Positions 48,801-61,800 of a DNA stretch of 64,000 bases are shown here, in pieces. The translations under genes were made by a program, and so were the position numbers. The stretch comes from Phoronis australis. Taxonomy: Eukaryota; Animalia; Phoronida. How positions within the stretch are numbered: position 1 is the stretch's first letter; the number at the start of each line of letters is the position of its first letter. The DNA is taken from assembly GCA_002633005.1 (NCBI GenBank), contig NMRA01000004.1, positions 1,901,935 through 1,965,934 on the forward strand. The letters run 5' to 3'. The notes beneath the pieces were generated by a model. The model was not told the DNA's origin and searched no databases. It was given only the letters and a program-made list of their open reading frames with translations.

Positions 48801-51800
48801 GTCAGGAACTGGGAGATTGTGTTTTAGCTGCTAAGCACACGAAATCATGACGTCGAAGGTTGTGTTATTCTGCGGTCTTCGAGACAATTACCTCCCGTAA
48901 TTTGCTGCCGCACCGTACGGGAAAATTTCAACTCCAGCTCAATATACAGTGCAGGTATGTCAAAACAGACGACCAGAGCTAAAAATGCGTCTCAAAGTCA
49001 TTTGCAATGAGTCGAATTGTTTTGAAACGTCAAGCTTATCTTTGTTTCACCTCCATGTACGCGCTGTCTTCACAAAAACGTGTCTGTAGCCATGAGGTGA
49101 GAGTCCAGTGAGTTTCAGTCAGCTTTCCGCGGCTAAGATCTAGTCAACGCGAGACAATGAGGAAAAATGGCACTCAGAGGAGCCCCGGGAATTTAGCCTT
49201 ACGGCGACCTTGCCTAATCAGAAGCAAGTTAATGGAGAAAATTGGGCCTAATTGAGCTTAATAACTACTTCTTGGTTTTCAATGCTGACACAAAAACTAC
49301 AAAGCAACAGACACTACCGTGTTTTGATGCAAATTATATTGGTTAAGCTTCGATGATTCATACGACATTTTTGTTCAATAGAACGGAGTAAATGCAAGAT
49401 GTTTTTAGCAGGTTGGCTTTTTGGCCTTTGTATAACAAATTAGTTATTTTACACTAGCATTACACGCACTAAAGTATACAATATTATTATGTATGTGCCT
49501 TGCATGTACACTCAATCTGTATTAACCCAAGTGATAGTTTATAACGACGCTAACCACCGAACACTGGAGGTGACTTAGACTTACCGTTGCATCCAACCAC
49601 AAACTTAGAATGGAAGTAAAGGGTATGTCTATTCCTAGCGCCCGCAATCGAAGCTCGAAACCTTGTTCCAACCAATTCAGCATGGTCGAGCTTGCAGAAT
49701 TGCTTGCTGATAAATACTGCTAAGGACCAAGCCAGATTTCTTGATCAAAGTGATCAGGATTGGATTTTAAGTCATTTATATGAGCCTCTGCACAGGGACA
49801 GCATGCTTTCAGCAAGTTGCGCACAGTAAGTATTTGTGCTTGGTTACCATGAAATCAACTATGCTGTCGTGTTACGACATAAACTGTGTATATGACATCG
49901 ACTGTCTCTTAATCGAAGGTCTTTACGTCAGACTGGATGCATTAACGGTTTTATACGTCATCAACAAGCCACAGAGAACAGGATAAAACCTTTTGTGCGA
50001 CATAAATAACTAATGGCGTATAGTAATAATAATAAAAATATTAATAAACTGTACGATCAGCAACTGCATAGTTTAAAGTCACCAAGTCTCGCAGTACTCA
50101 GTAGACTAGACGTCACTACTGTTCACATAAATCCCACAATAACTGACCAAGCTCATTTGCTAAGACTTACCAGTAACTTCATTTGATTGACCTATTCAAG
50201 CAATTCTTAAGTTCATTTCAATTTCTTGTGAAATAATAACATGGAATAAAAACTGATGTTATTCGCACGGTTCTTCTCCTTCCTGAAGTTTAATCGTAGG
50301 CATAACTAAAAACTCACCTCGCAGTATAGTTTCGCGTGTGTAACGTCTGTTTAGATCCAAGACCAGAGAAGTATCCCACCAGTGACCTGAGACAACATTG
50401 TTTATGAACTGACGAGACACGTTGTTCACTCACTTCATGTACTCCCGCTTGGATCTGTAATAATCACAACCAAGCACGTGACCAGTGTGTAGAATCAATA
50501 AGTGAACTATTGACGCCATCTGCCGTTTTCAAAAAGCAACGGGCAATGACGAGGGGTGAATTGGTTTTATTCCCTGCGATTGCAGTTTTTCGGGCGACTA
50601 AGATTCGTGGAAGAAAGTGTCTTACCCATGCGATTGTCTTGGCACAACCAGAAATACCGAGGATTGTACCGACTATCCCACCATTTCTAAGTGTCCAGAA
50701 TTCTTACCAGCGTGAGCGGCATTTTTTCACCAACAGAAAGCAACTTCCCAAGACGTAGGATATTCGGCGTCTTATCGCTGAGGTCAAATCGACTGGTGTG
50801 TCCGGACATAATCTCTCTCCATAGCATGAAATACAAGGAGTAACAGGTATTTTTGCACAGGGCGGGAACCAAGTTAGTTAATTCGTTAACAGTTGTTTTG
50901 ACTTGGTTTATACGTCACACATGTTGGTTGAGCTGTCCCTATTAGAGTCAGCCTAGTCCCGTAACAATTTCACAACTACTGCTGTTACACCAAAGATAAA
51001 ATCTTTGGTTACACTGAGGACTTCATCTATGTCGGGCGCTCCCGGCAGCGTTCTGTTTTTCCGATGCATTGTGAGAGGGTTGTCGGCTCGTAAAGATCCG
51101 GTAACATTACGGATAACTCGATGACAAGTAAACAATGCAATGAAAAAACAGCACTTATGTTTTGCCCGCACCAAGCACTGGTCTACTGCAAGATGCCTCC
51201 CACCCCCCACCACCCCCCACCCTCCCTTCCTAGTGGTACCTTTCTTGGATGCGTACCTGGCGGTGTGATTTCATTTAGCGTTCTCCGACAGCCGTAGACC
51301 CAACGTACGCGTTTTATCGCTGAGATCACTGACATTCAGTCTACGTGCGCTATATAATATGAATCATTCCAGAAATAGGACCGGGACGTGTCGTATGTGT
51401 GTAACGGATAGTTTCAGCTTCATTAAAGACGGGGTATTTTAAAACCAGTTATATTTAGGCTAGGAAATCGCAAATGTTGTTTGGGTCATCCGTTAAAAAC
51501 CGTTGGCGACATTATTTGAAATTTGAAGATAGTCCATCTGGTGAAGCTGTGTTGTATTTTTGTCATTATCTGGGAAAATAATCGACTTTTGAAGTCATTT
51601 CTCGCATTCCTGAGGTATTTTTATGAAGTCGTACAAACACTGAGGCTATAAATGAGACAGCAATAAAATCGTAAATTAAGAGTTCGCATTCTTTGTAGAG
51701 CGATTTCTCGTTACATACAGAGCAGATGGGTTGCCCTGTCCGGGGGCAGAAACTCTGCTATTTTCGGGCTGCACGACCGATTGTAGAGACTTCAAGGAGA

Positions 51801-52875
51801 AACAGGTCTGAAGCGGCGAAGTCTTCGTGTCTATTAAGCTGAACGCTATTGGTTAAGGAAACTTCTCCATTTTAATAAATGGATAGTGGCACTTACATAA
51901 GTTGCGTATACATATTTTGTCGCTCTGGGTGTTTTTTTTTTCTTTTTTCACGGCACCAGTTCCCTTGATAGCTCAACAAATCCGGCAAAAGTATCCATTT
52001 CTACACCAAAATTCTACACCCCGACTTACCTGAATGTTGTGGTAACTCAACACAACGAAAGGTTATTACCCAGTTTTCCATTGGATCACTATTGATGACA
52101 AGAGATGGCTTGGTCTTGGGAAAGTTTGCGATCTCAAAGCATTTTTATGGTCGCCGGAACTATACAACAAACTGAAATCAACTGACAGGTTCGTCAAAAA
52201 TATCGATCGTAAGACATTTAATCAAAGGTTTTCATAGGCTAGAACAACAAACCGGCATTGACATAAAACTCGGCAGCGCGCGCACGCCGTCTAACCGCAC
52301 GTAAAACCTGTCATCTCGTAAGGGGATACTCCCATAGAAGAGGAGGTACACCAGCGACTTTTTTACGACTAGATTCCCTGCGAAAGGGCGTCTGTTGTGA
52401 TAAAATTCCTTTCTGAAGACTACCTTCTCTGAAATAATTCCCAACAATGAAAGGGTTCACTTTGGAGGCCGAAACTCTACAAAAGGTTTACTTTTGCAAC
52501 TACACAAATCTACAGAAAGTTTTTAATTTTATATTAAAAATCTTTCCTTGTCAATTTTTTACCTTTGACATGTCATCTCCTTTTGCCCTGTTTCAAACCG
52601 AATTGATTAAAAATCCAGCTGTCCAAGGGTTAGGTTAAGCCCTGCAAAGAGATAGTGTTTCGTGAAAACAACCCTGAGAAAGCTACCCACAACTGGGTCT
52701 CCTTTTTCGTGTCCACTCTACTAAACGAGTGATTATCTGAGGGGCCCCTTGAAAAGCAGTGAGAATTGATGGAGCTACCCTCACTGCAAGTATTACAATA
52801 AATAAATAAATCTTAATTTGCCACCTGTTGCCCTCCGTCAAATGTATGATCGAGTTACCTTGGGGCCTCTATTAT

Positions 52876-53033
52876 CAGTGGCGAATTTAAGGGGAGTGGA
52901 AGGGGCAAGGGGACCATGGCCCCCTAAAATTCTCCCAGATTCCATTTGGCAGTTCGGGGGTGCGAATGTATGACGGGCAAAATTCTGGCTAATGCTCTGC
53001 CCTGCCCCNTCAAAATCCTTGATCCGCTCCCTG
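52876..53033. mobile_element. Short MITE-like element
   Basis: Imperfect TIRs CAGTGGCGAATTTAAGG / CCTTGATCCGCTCCCTG, flanked by ATTAT on both sides. GC-rich relative to the flanks. Confidence 0.6.
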
Positions 53034-55846
53034 ATTATACAATCCTGGCAGAATCACGCTTTGGTTTAACTGAAACGTTATACCTTAAAAGCATAGGGGT
53101 TCATTATCAACCAGTAGCATGCTTAACCGAGACTACACTCTCACTAATGAAGTACTTTTACTTGGCATAAATAAATAATAACGTAACAAATGTGTCTGGC
53201 CGTCCTCGAACTACGCGTTAACAGGCTCGTGACCACTTAGGCTCTGACATTCTCGGTGTTTCATCCAGTCAATCGCCCACTAAGGCTTCGCCCGTGTACG
53301 CCACTAGGATCAGGCCCACGAATCGTGCATCCACGCCGACTTCCCGTGGACTTTTTGTTTCACTGAGGCGGACTTTTTGCCTAATTCGCCAAATTGATGG
53401 GCTCGTTCGAGCACCTCTGAGTGCGCCCATGTAAACAATATGCATGGCAACAGTTACCAGGGAATAATACATTGGATATAAATACGCCACGAAGACTGAA
53501 ATTATTTCTCATTGAATTTCAACCATAAAAATTAAAATTTAGATCACTTGACCAAGAAGCTGTGATTTTGACCGTAAGAAAACATGATTGACAAGTGACC
53601 ACGTACATGGCACTGGCATATAGTATTGAATTAACTGCAAGGATAAAGGACTAAAAATCATCCAAATTGTACAACCTTCATTTACAAGTAAGTATGAACA
53701 CGTTGGTTTTGTGTACATTTTCACTCAAAAGTTATCCGCCGTCGATAAATACCAGTTGGCAAGTTGTCCACACAGACATGATGGACTAACTACTGTACAT
53801 GTACAATAACATCCACTCAACTCAACACCTACTACGTCTGGCCAGACGAGTGTACATAATTCAGCAGGACAAGTTCGTCTGCCGGATGCACATGTTTCGT
53901 CTGAGCGTTAATAAGACCGCCCCATTAATTAATTTGCGTCGCCTGATTGTTCGAGATCCTAACGATCACTGCGTATAGGGTGTAGTGTAAAATGCTGACC
54001 ATTACGTGTGAGGGCTATGCCTGGTAACTGTCAGTAGACGAAGAGTCTGGAGGTTAGGAGAGTATAATGGAGGGTAGCGCTGCTAAGCAAGAAAGCAAAA
54101 AAGACAAGTAACTGTGAATGGATTTTGAATTTAGCAAAATTGAGAAATTTGCTGATGGGATGCAGTTAAAACTGTCAGACACTAGATTTTATGCACCGAT
54201 CTCTGAAAATCTTCTGAGTGAGGGGCTATCAAAATAGCACTTTTGTGATTTACCTGAGTAATTGCACAAAACGAAAACGAAATGAAGTTTAGGAAAATGC
54301 AACCGTGTTTTTGAGATATCATCTTGAAAATTCAAATAAAATAAATTTTGATCATGTCGTTGATATCCTTTTTTTTGCTATGAAGTAACTTTTCACTTTT
54401 GCTACATTTTGCTAAAAAGACAAGATCATGTGACCCAATTAAATCCAATTTTCAAAAGTCAAAAATCTACAGGCTTTGTACTTTCAGAAAGTATATACCC
54501 GAACTGGGTTAAAATCTCTATCTTTTTAGATATTCTGCTTGCGGCGGTAGAAAAATACTTCTACCACGGGTAGCGGTCTTAAGGAGCATACCAGCGGTAG
54601 ATATATATTTCTACCGCGGGTACCGGAGTATGTTTATTACTGTTTTTTTTCTCTCGCCCACGTAGTATGGCGCGAACAATCTACTTCACGTATCATTTGA
54701 CGTGCCTGTGTTAAAGAGTATAAATCTTGTTCCTTTGTCTAGCTAAAGCATGGCTACAACTATCTGAAAAATACAGCATATTCAGAAGAATGATAAAACC
54801 TATCACAAAAATATTACATTCATAGTACAGAGGCGAAGCAAGGAGCAAAACAGCTGAAATGGTCGTCTGATCTCTTCTCGGTCAAACTGATAACATCCGC
54901 TCGCGCTTTTGAAAAAAAAAAACGGCGTATGAAATTAGAGATTTTTAAAGGTTCTGCAATAAGTGGGGAGCATAGACCGCGGTCTGTAAACTAACGTCTC
55001 AAAACCACGCATGTACAGAATAAGCCATGTAATTCTGCACTGGATATCAAATTATTGTTCACACAATTCATGCCTCACTCTGTCACTACTCTTGAAAACC
55101 ATTCAATCAGGAAGTCAGACACTAACCGTTGACTGACAGTTTGGTAATGCAAAAACCAAAAGCTTCCTCGTCACGCAGTTGTCGTGCCAACGGCGATGTT
55201 AGTACCCTTGCGCGTGACGGAATTTTGCACCGTTGACGTAATGCACTGGCGTCGATGGAGACCAAGTATGTTATCAAAGCTTGCATCAGACATTTTTCAA
55301 GGTTCTTGGCGAAGAAGTTAGAAAATCAATGAACCTTGTATCTCCTATTTCAAACCGTTTTCTGTTCTTTAATCACGTTTACAGTTACAAACGTAATTAA
55401 AGTTTCGTGTACACGCTCATCCAAATTTATTGTAATCTTACAACGTATTTTAATACAGGGTTGCGGCTAGACAATACAGTGCGGTCCAAAAAATGAAGCC
55501 GTGTTTTTCACCGCGACCTGCATGACGAGAAAAAATTATTTTTGAAATGTATAGATCTGATACTTATAGCTTCTTAGTAAGTGACTTCGCTGTATTTATC
55601 AATGTCATCGAAAGACAATAATCAACCTATTATTTCCCGAGGTCAAGTAATGACCATGAAGATGCAAAAATCCAACGACATTTACGGGTGCAATGTTCAA
55701 AGCATTACTGCTCTGCGTTTATCTGAATTTCCTGATAAACTTCACCCCCCCCCCCCGCCTTGCAAGCAGGCGGGAGGGGGTAAAGCCACGATTGAGAAAA
55801 AAATGAAAGCGCTCTGAGGAGCGAAACTTGGCGAAATTAACTAAAA

Positions 55847-55894
55847 AGATGACGATAAAGATGATGACGAAGATGACGAATATGACGACGATGG
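55847..55894. repeat. Imperfect (GAT/GAC)n trinucleotide repeat
   Basis: gatgacgataaagatgatgacgaagatgacgaatatgacgacgatgg. Confidence 0.7.
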
Positions 55895-58800
55895 TGGCGA
55901 GAGAAAAAAAAAACATGCCAGTGGTTCAACAACATGCCATCGTTTAATAAACTAAGCCACAATTTCTTCCACCATCTTGAATGTGTAATTACATTGAGGT
56001 ATAAACAAACCAATTTTCGTGCCTTTTCTTTGCAAGTGGGCGGTTGAGTAATACCTTTTAAAACCGAAAGGTATCGATTAGTCTGTCAAAAGATTCCTCT
56101 TATGCCATTCCCAAAATATTTAGCATAATCAAAAACTCCTCTTTCGTCTTGAGAATCACCTGTGCTCTGTACTCGATGCAAGGAAAAATAAGTCTTCAAA
56201 TTCGTCGCATGTACGTTTGCAGAAGTACGTCGAGGTTTGTTCAAAGTAAAGATGGTGCCGGACTGAAAACACGTTACGAAAGCATATTGCCCATCTTCTA
56301 TTGGGTGTGTAGTAATGAAGAATTTCATTTAAGAATTGGGCGTTATAATTGCTGTAGTGTGGACAGATAAGCTTTACAATGGAAAGCTTAGCAATAGAGA
56401 GAACCGAGTTTCCAAAAGTGGGTTACGTTGCACATCCTTAAAAACTTGCCTTGGGCTTAAACAAGCCTGTGAAAAGCTCGTTGAAAAACAGAGTTTATTT
56501 AATGTCGGTCGGCGTTATTGCATAACTGTTTGGAACGGCAAGAACACTAATTAGGTTAAACCGATTGACAGTGCATCGCCTTCATGTCTACCAGTTGTGC
56601 ATAATGCGTAATCTGACGTATTGTGCTACAATTCAGAACCATTCATGGAGCCAATCGGGAAGTTGATGATGCTAAATTGTAGGCAAAACACGATAGTAAG
56701 ATGTTAAAATAACAATGGAACCTGGACGTTGCGCAATTAGGTCAATTTATTGAATTGCTATCACAAGTATCGTGATGGAAGACGATGACCCTGCGAAACT
56801 TTGTGTGGAAGTTAGTGACAAACGATTAATTTTGCAAAATTTTCACAAAAGTTATACGTGTCCTCCGGTCTTCATATTGATTAAAGTTCACAATGGGTTA
56901 GTCACGATATAGTTTCTATTATCAGTGCCGTTTTTAATTGTTTAGTGATTCACTAGACTAGCAAATACAAAATAATTTGCAAACAGGACTCTAACGTAAC
57001 TGAGGACCTCAAAACAAAAAATTGATAAACACCCCCTTTGGTTTATCCTTTTATATGAATCGAAAAAAATCCTTGTTACTCAAAACTTTGGATAGGTCTT
57101 GAATTGTTTGGAAATGAAATTAGTAAAGATTTTAAGAGTTTTCGCAATTTTTTAATCTTTCCACAAACACATTCAGGTCACTTGTATTTGATTGGCAATG
57201 CTTCAAACTTTTGTGGACACCGATTAAATTGACCGCTATTGACCGCTATTATTGTTTGCGAATGTAAGGACACACGTGACTTCGGGAATTCTTTGTACCC
57301 GGATTATAAACCCTGATTCGTTTCAATGTACAATATACGGACACTGTTCGTTTTGAATTGGATTTTAACCATAAGATCCAATATATTTAATTGGTTCTCT
57401 TTCTAGAAAAGGTCACCATTTTTTCCTCTACCAACAAAGAACAGTTTCTACGAATTAGGCTCGGTTGCTGAGCACGGGGTAATGTGCACAGTGAGGGGGA
57501 ATGATGCCACTGTTGTCAGTAATACCACTAGTATCTTTTTATACTAGTATCTTCTTATCCCAAAGGGTGGTCACGTGATGGACAGTATAAATTTTACACG
57601 GTAGAAGCTATTACCCTCATTCCTTAAGTGGATTGTTAGTTTTTGTTTTATGGAACAAGGGGATGTTTTACGATTAATTTCCGGCCCAAGGGTGGGGAAT
57701 ATTGATTTTAAGAAAATAACCTACTTGGTTTTCACGGGTATTAAGCAAAATGTATCAAAAACAATATGCTACCGATTCACAATTGCACAATAAAGAATGC
57801 TTGAACAACTGCAAAAGAAACGTGTGCCCCCGCATGTTATTTTGTAAATCACGAGACAGTAACTAAGACAACACCGCCTATAGGCAACATAGGACAGTGG
57901 GTTTCTTCAACATGACACACTATACTAAGCTTTCGGCATTACAGAGCGCAACGCCCACTTATTAAAGAAGCTGAGTTTTAAAGCAAAGCTCAGTTGAACG
58001 CGCTTCCGGATACCCAAAGCACCTGCAACTTTAAAACTTAGTTAAAAACGTTAGAGTTTAGCTCATCAAAAGAATCACCCATGAGATATATTTCACTCAT
58101 GGTAAAGCAGCCTTACTATCAAAACTTGAATTATTTGGTCTGACAGAGGGCAGAAGGCGAAGCACGCATAACTTGCCATTGAACTGCTTGCGTGTCTCTC
58201 ATAATGGGAGTTGGAAACGATCCCATGGTTGCGACTCTAAATTCCATCTACGATCTCCTAAACCCTAGCTCCTGACCAGTAAACACCAAAGGCGCAGTAC
58301 AAAGTCCATCACCGCGCCCCGACAATCTACACTCGTCGACAATACTCCATTACGGTGACAGAACGCCATACCAGGTAACCACTAACTGCAGACCGGGCCA
58401 TGGGCTTATAGGGTAGGCATCTCTAAGTTCAAGCGAACGAATATATTATTGTAAACGATGATATTCATCACTCAATAAGCGTCTTCATCCGTAAGAGGTA
58501 CTGGGTAGTTTACGCCTCGGGTTCCGCTTTGATGAGTTCTCCTCGAGATAAATTCAATTAAACATCTGATGAAGCTATTACTGATTTGTACGGTTTTATA
58601 ACTGCACTTAAAAAGAACTTAACAGTTCAACGAGGAGAAACCACGTTGACAATAATCTAATTTGGAGTAATCGAATCCTAAAGGCAACAGAACTGGAACT
58701 TCTTTTCACTGAAGCATGGCCGCGGGCTGCCTCATTCTGATCTACTAGAGTAAGACTGTATTCACGAGACTGTCATCAATGAAAAAATGATAGGGTTTGA

Positions 58801-61800
58801 ATGAGTTCTATAATTGCCAGTTACGGCAACGTGCAATTTTGTCAGCAGTACACATGAATTGAGTTTTAATGTGATTTTAAAATAGTTCAAATCCACGCAC
58901 CAATCTGCTTGTGTAGACATTGACATGGCCTGCCTGTTGGTTTTGACAGTCGCCGACATCAAAACTGTAGACTGAAATTTTAATAAGGAATTGAATTTGA
59001 CAAGTCTTGTGCCGTCGGCGCGTAAGTAGACACCAACTGTTTTCGGAAAAAGGGTCTTCCTCTATTGTTTAAATGTTGCGTATTTTAGCAGAATTTACGT
59101 CATTAACAAAGCACCATATTGCAGTCGAACAGGCCCGCCAGCATGGAATCCTTTTGAGCTACAGCTGATGTTTGCGCTTGAAAAGGTTTTTCACGTTTAT
59201 TAGCCTGACTGTTAAAAAGCAACTGACCGGTAACAGCAAACGGCCAGATATCCGCAGTATGATCGTTATTTGTTCGCGACATTTCAGAGGGAGCCAACTA
59301 ATGCATCGGCTGTTTGAAAAGTAAGTTCGCCAGGGTCCCCTCATCTTCGTTGAAGGAAGTGTCGGGCATCAGGCAGACGGCGTTCCCACACTTCTCCGCG
59401 TATGAACATCTGTTCCATTTCCAATGGACAAGTCCCTGTCGAGACGTCACGTTTTGTTTTGTGTAACTCCATGTAATAGCGATAATTCCTCGTGTTATCT
59501 GTCACTTGTACACGCGCGCCCGCGATGACCTCTTTGTGGTTGATGGTAATAAGCAGGCCCACAACTGCTTACCAATCTCCACCACCTTAACTGTTAATTA
59601 TATCGAGATGACCATAGCTTAACTCTATCAATTAGAGAGCTATAACTCTTGCACATTTGGGGGACATGAGATAACTACCACCATAATAACCCAGCGAAGA
59701 TTCGTTGGTGACTTGAAAGCTAAACGAAGCCAATTTCTGCCTCAACTACTTTGGTTGCCTTTTCAGCTAACATACTTGTTGAATTGCAAAACTGCCTAAT
59801 CCCAGACGAAATAAGTCCAACGGAATGTACTGGTACGTAAAATGACAACGATAAGTGCAAGTTAACATGAAAAGAAAAATAATATAACAAGTTCAGAAAA
59901 AATACAAAGAAAGAACGGCAAACCTCTACTTACTAATTAACAGGGAGGCACGTCTTTACTTGGCTCCACTCCTTGAATAAATGGCACGTAAGGCTCGGGT
60001 CGGTTTGCAAACTAGACACCAATGCCCGAGGGGCCAACTCGCAAATTACGCCAGTGTTGATGGAACGAGTTATCTGTCGAATAGAAATACGAAAGGTAAT
60101 GAATGGACGGAGGTTTCGTAATAAAACTCAAACGGAGGTTCCTATTGTTTACACTCTTCACCTTCATTATTTTTCGGTATTTCTAAAAATCCCGCCAGGA
60201 GCACTGATGCTGTTTAAAAGAGAACAGGATAAATAAAAATGACCACTGAAATCTGCAAACCTTCGTATGCGACTTTTGGACAACTGTCTACATTCTCCGA
60301 TTATCGTGTAAATGTACGACTTCTCTTGCGAAGATCTAAGAGCCGTGCCATAACACTTCATGGTTCACACCCTCTGATAAGTCGTATACCGTCACTTGTA
60401 TACGAAGTCGAAAAGGAAAACAGAGTGCGTAGTCAGAGATTTACGTTACCATGGGTGCCTCTATTCTACTCGGGCCCTCAGGAGTGTTTGAGCAACCCCA
60501 TCATGCGTTTACCGACCGGCAATGATATACTATTGCATACGCTTCCCCAATGAATACCCTGTATCTGAACCTAGTCATAACATGAACTTGTTGAAGGTAG
60601 CTGGAGGTTTTTACAACCGAACGCGTCTCCTTTCGTCCAATACAGTGTTTCGAAATAAAGATTTTTCTGTCACATTCATAATCATTGAACATGTTTGTCA
60701 ACACAAAACTTCAATTCAAGGCACGCCCTGGTGTCCGTTGTGTGACATATACAATACTCCCAGAACAACCTGGTGTGCATTGCAGCCATACAAAACATAG
60801 TATTTGAAAGTTTCATGTTAATTCGATCAGCCATTTCTGAGATACGATGTTGACCGAAATTAGAATTTTTCTAGTGTTTCACATAAGCTTAATGCGACAA
60901 TTAACGACTGACTTTCACCAAAAAAACAATTTTTGGCTGAAACCACATCTTGAAATAGATCTGAAATTGTTCCTTAGTGAAATCAAAATAATTCCAAGCG
61001 CTCTGAAAGAATTACTCCCCAAGACCAGGCTTTACAAGTTGGTTTGTCACGGTGTGTTATTTCATTTCTAGAGCATCGTCTCAAGGAATACTGAACTATC
61101 AGTTCTCTCCGAGTCAAGGAACCACTTCTCACTCGAAGAAGGGACAAGTTGAGATCAATTTTATTGTATTTAAGTGGTCTAAATCAGAAGTTCGTTTCTT
61201 TGATAGAACTCTGGATTATAATCGTTTTAAACCTTTCGAAACAATAAAATTTGTAAACTTCGACTGAAAAAAAATGCCGAACATTCGTAAGCTGACGACA
61301 TGTCAGAGCTTTGCGTTCGAGCTGAGGACTAGTAATAAACTATTTAGAGACGACAACAAACCAAACTCACTTCCAAAACCACATCTAATAGCAACATAAC
61401 TATTAGAAGCTCCCCAGTTTACGTAATTTTTGTCTTGAGGACAGGTGTGAACCACTGATTGACTTTGACATCAGTATTTATGAAACAGCAATTAAAGACA
61501 ATTGTGTCAACAAGCCATCAGGCGGTAGACGATTCATAATCCATATCATTGTTAGGCAGTTAGAAAACTATTACTAACACATTTGACGTGATTCAATATT
61601 TATAATGACAGTGACAGATGATAGAACTGTGATTTAATGACTTTATTGGATTTTCTCTACGTGATGATTGTTGTCGCCACACGCCTGATGGTCGGATATA
61701 CGTGTTAACACACGTGGCCATCCTCAGACACGCCCTGAAGATCATCTAAAATGAAATGCATTAAAACGCAACAGTTATCAGTTCTCAGGAACCAATTCGC

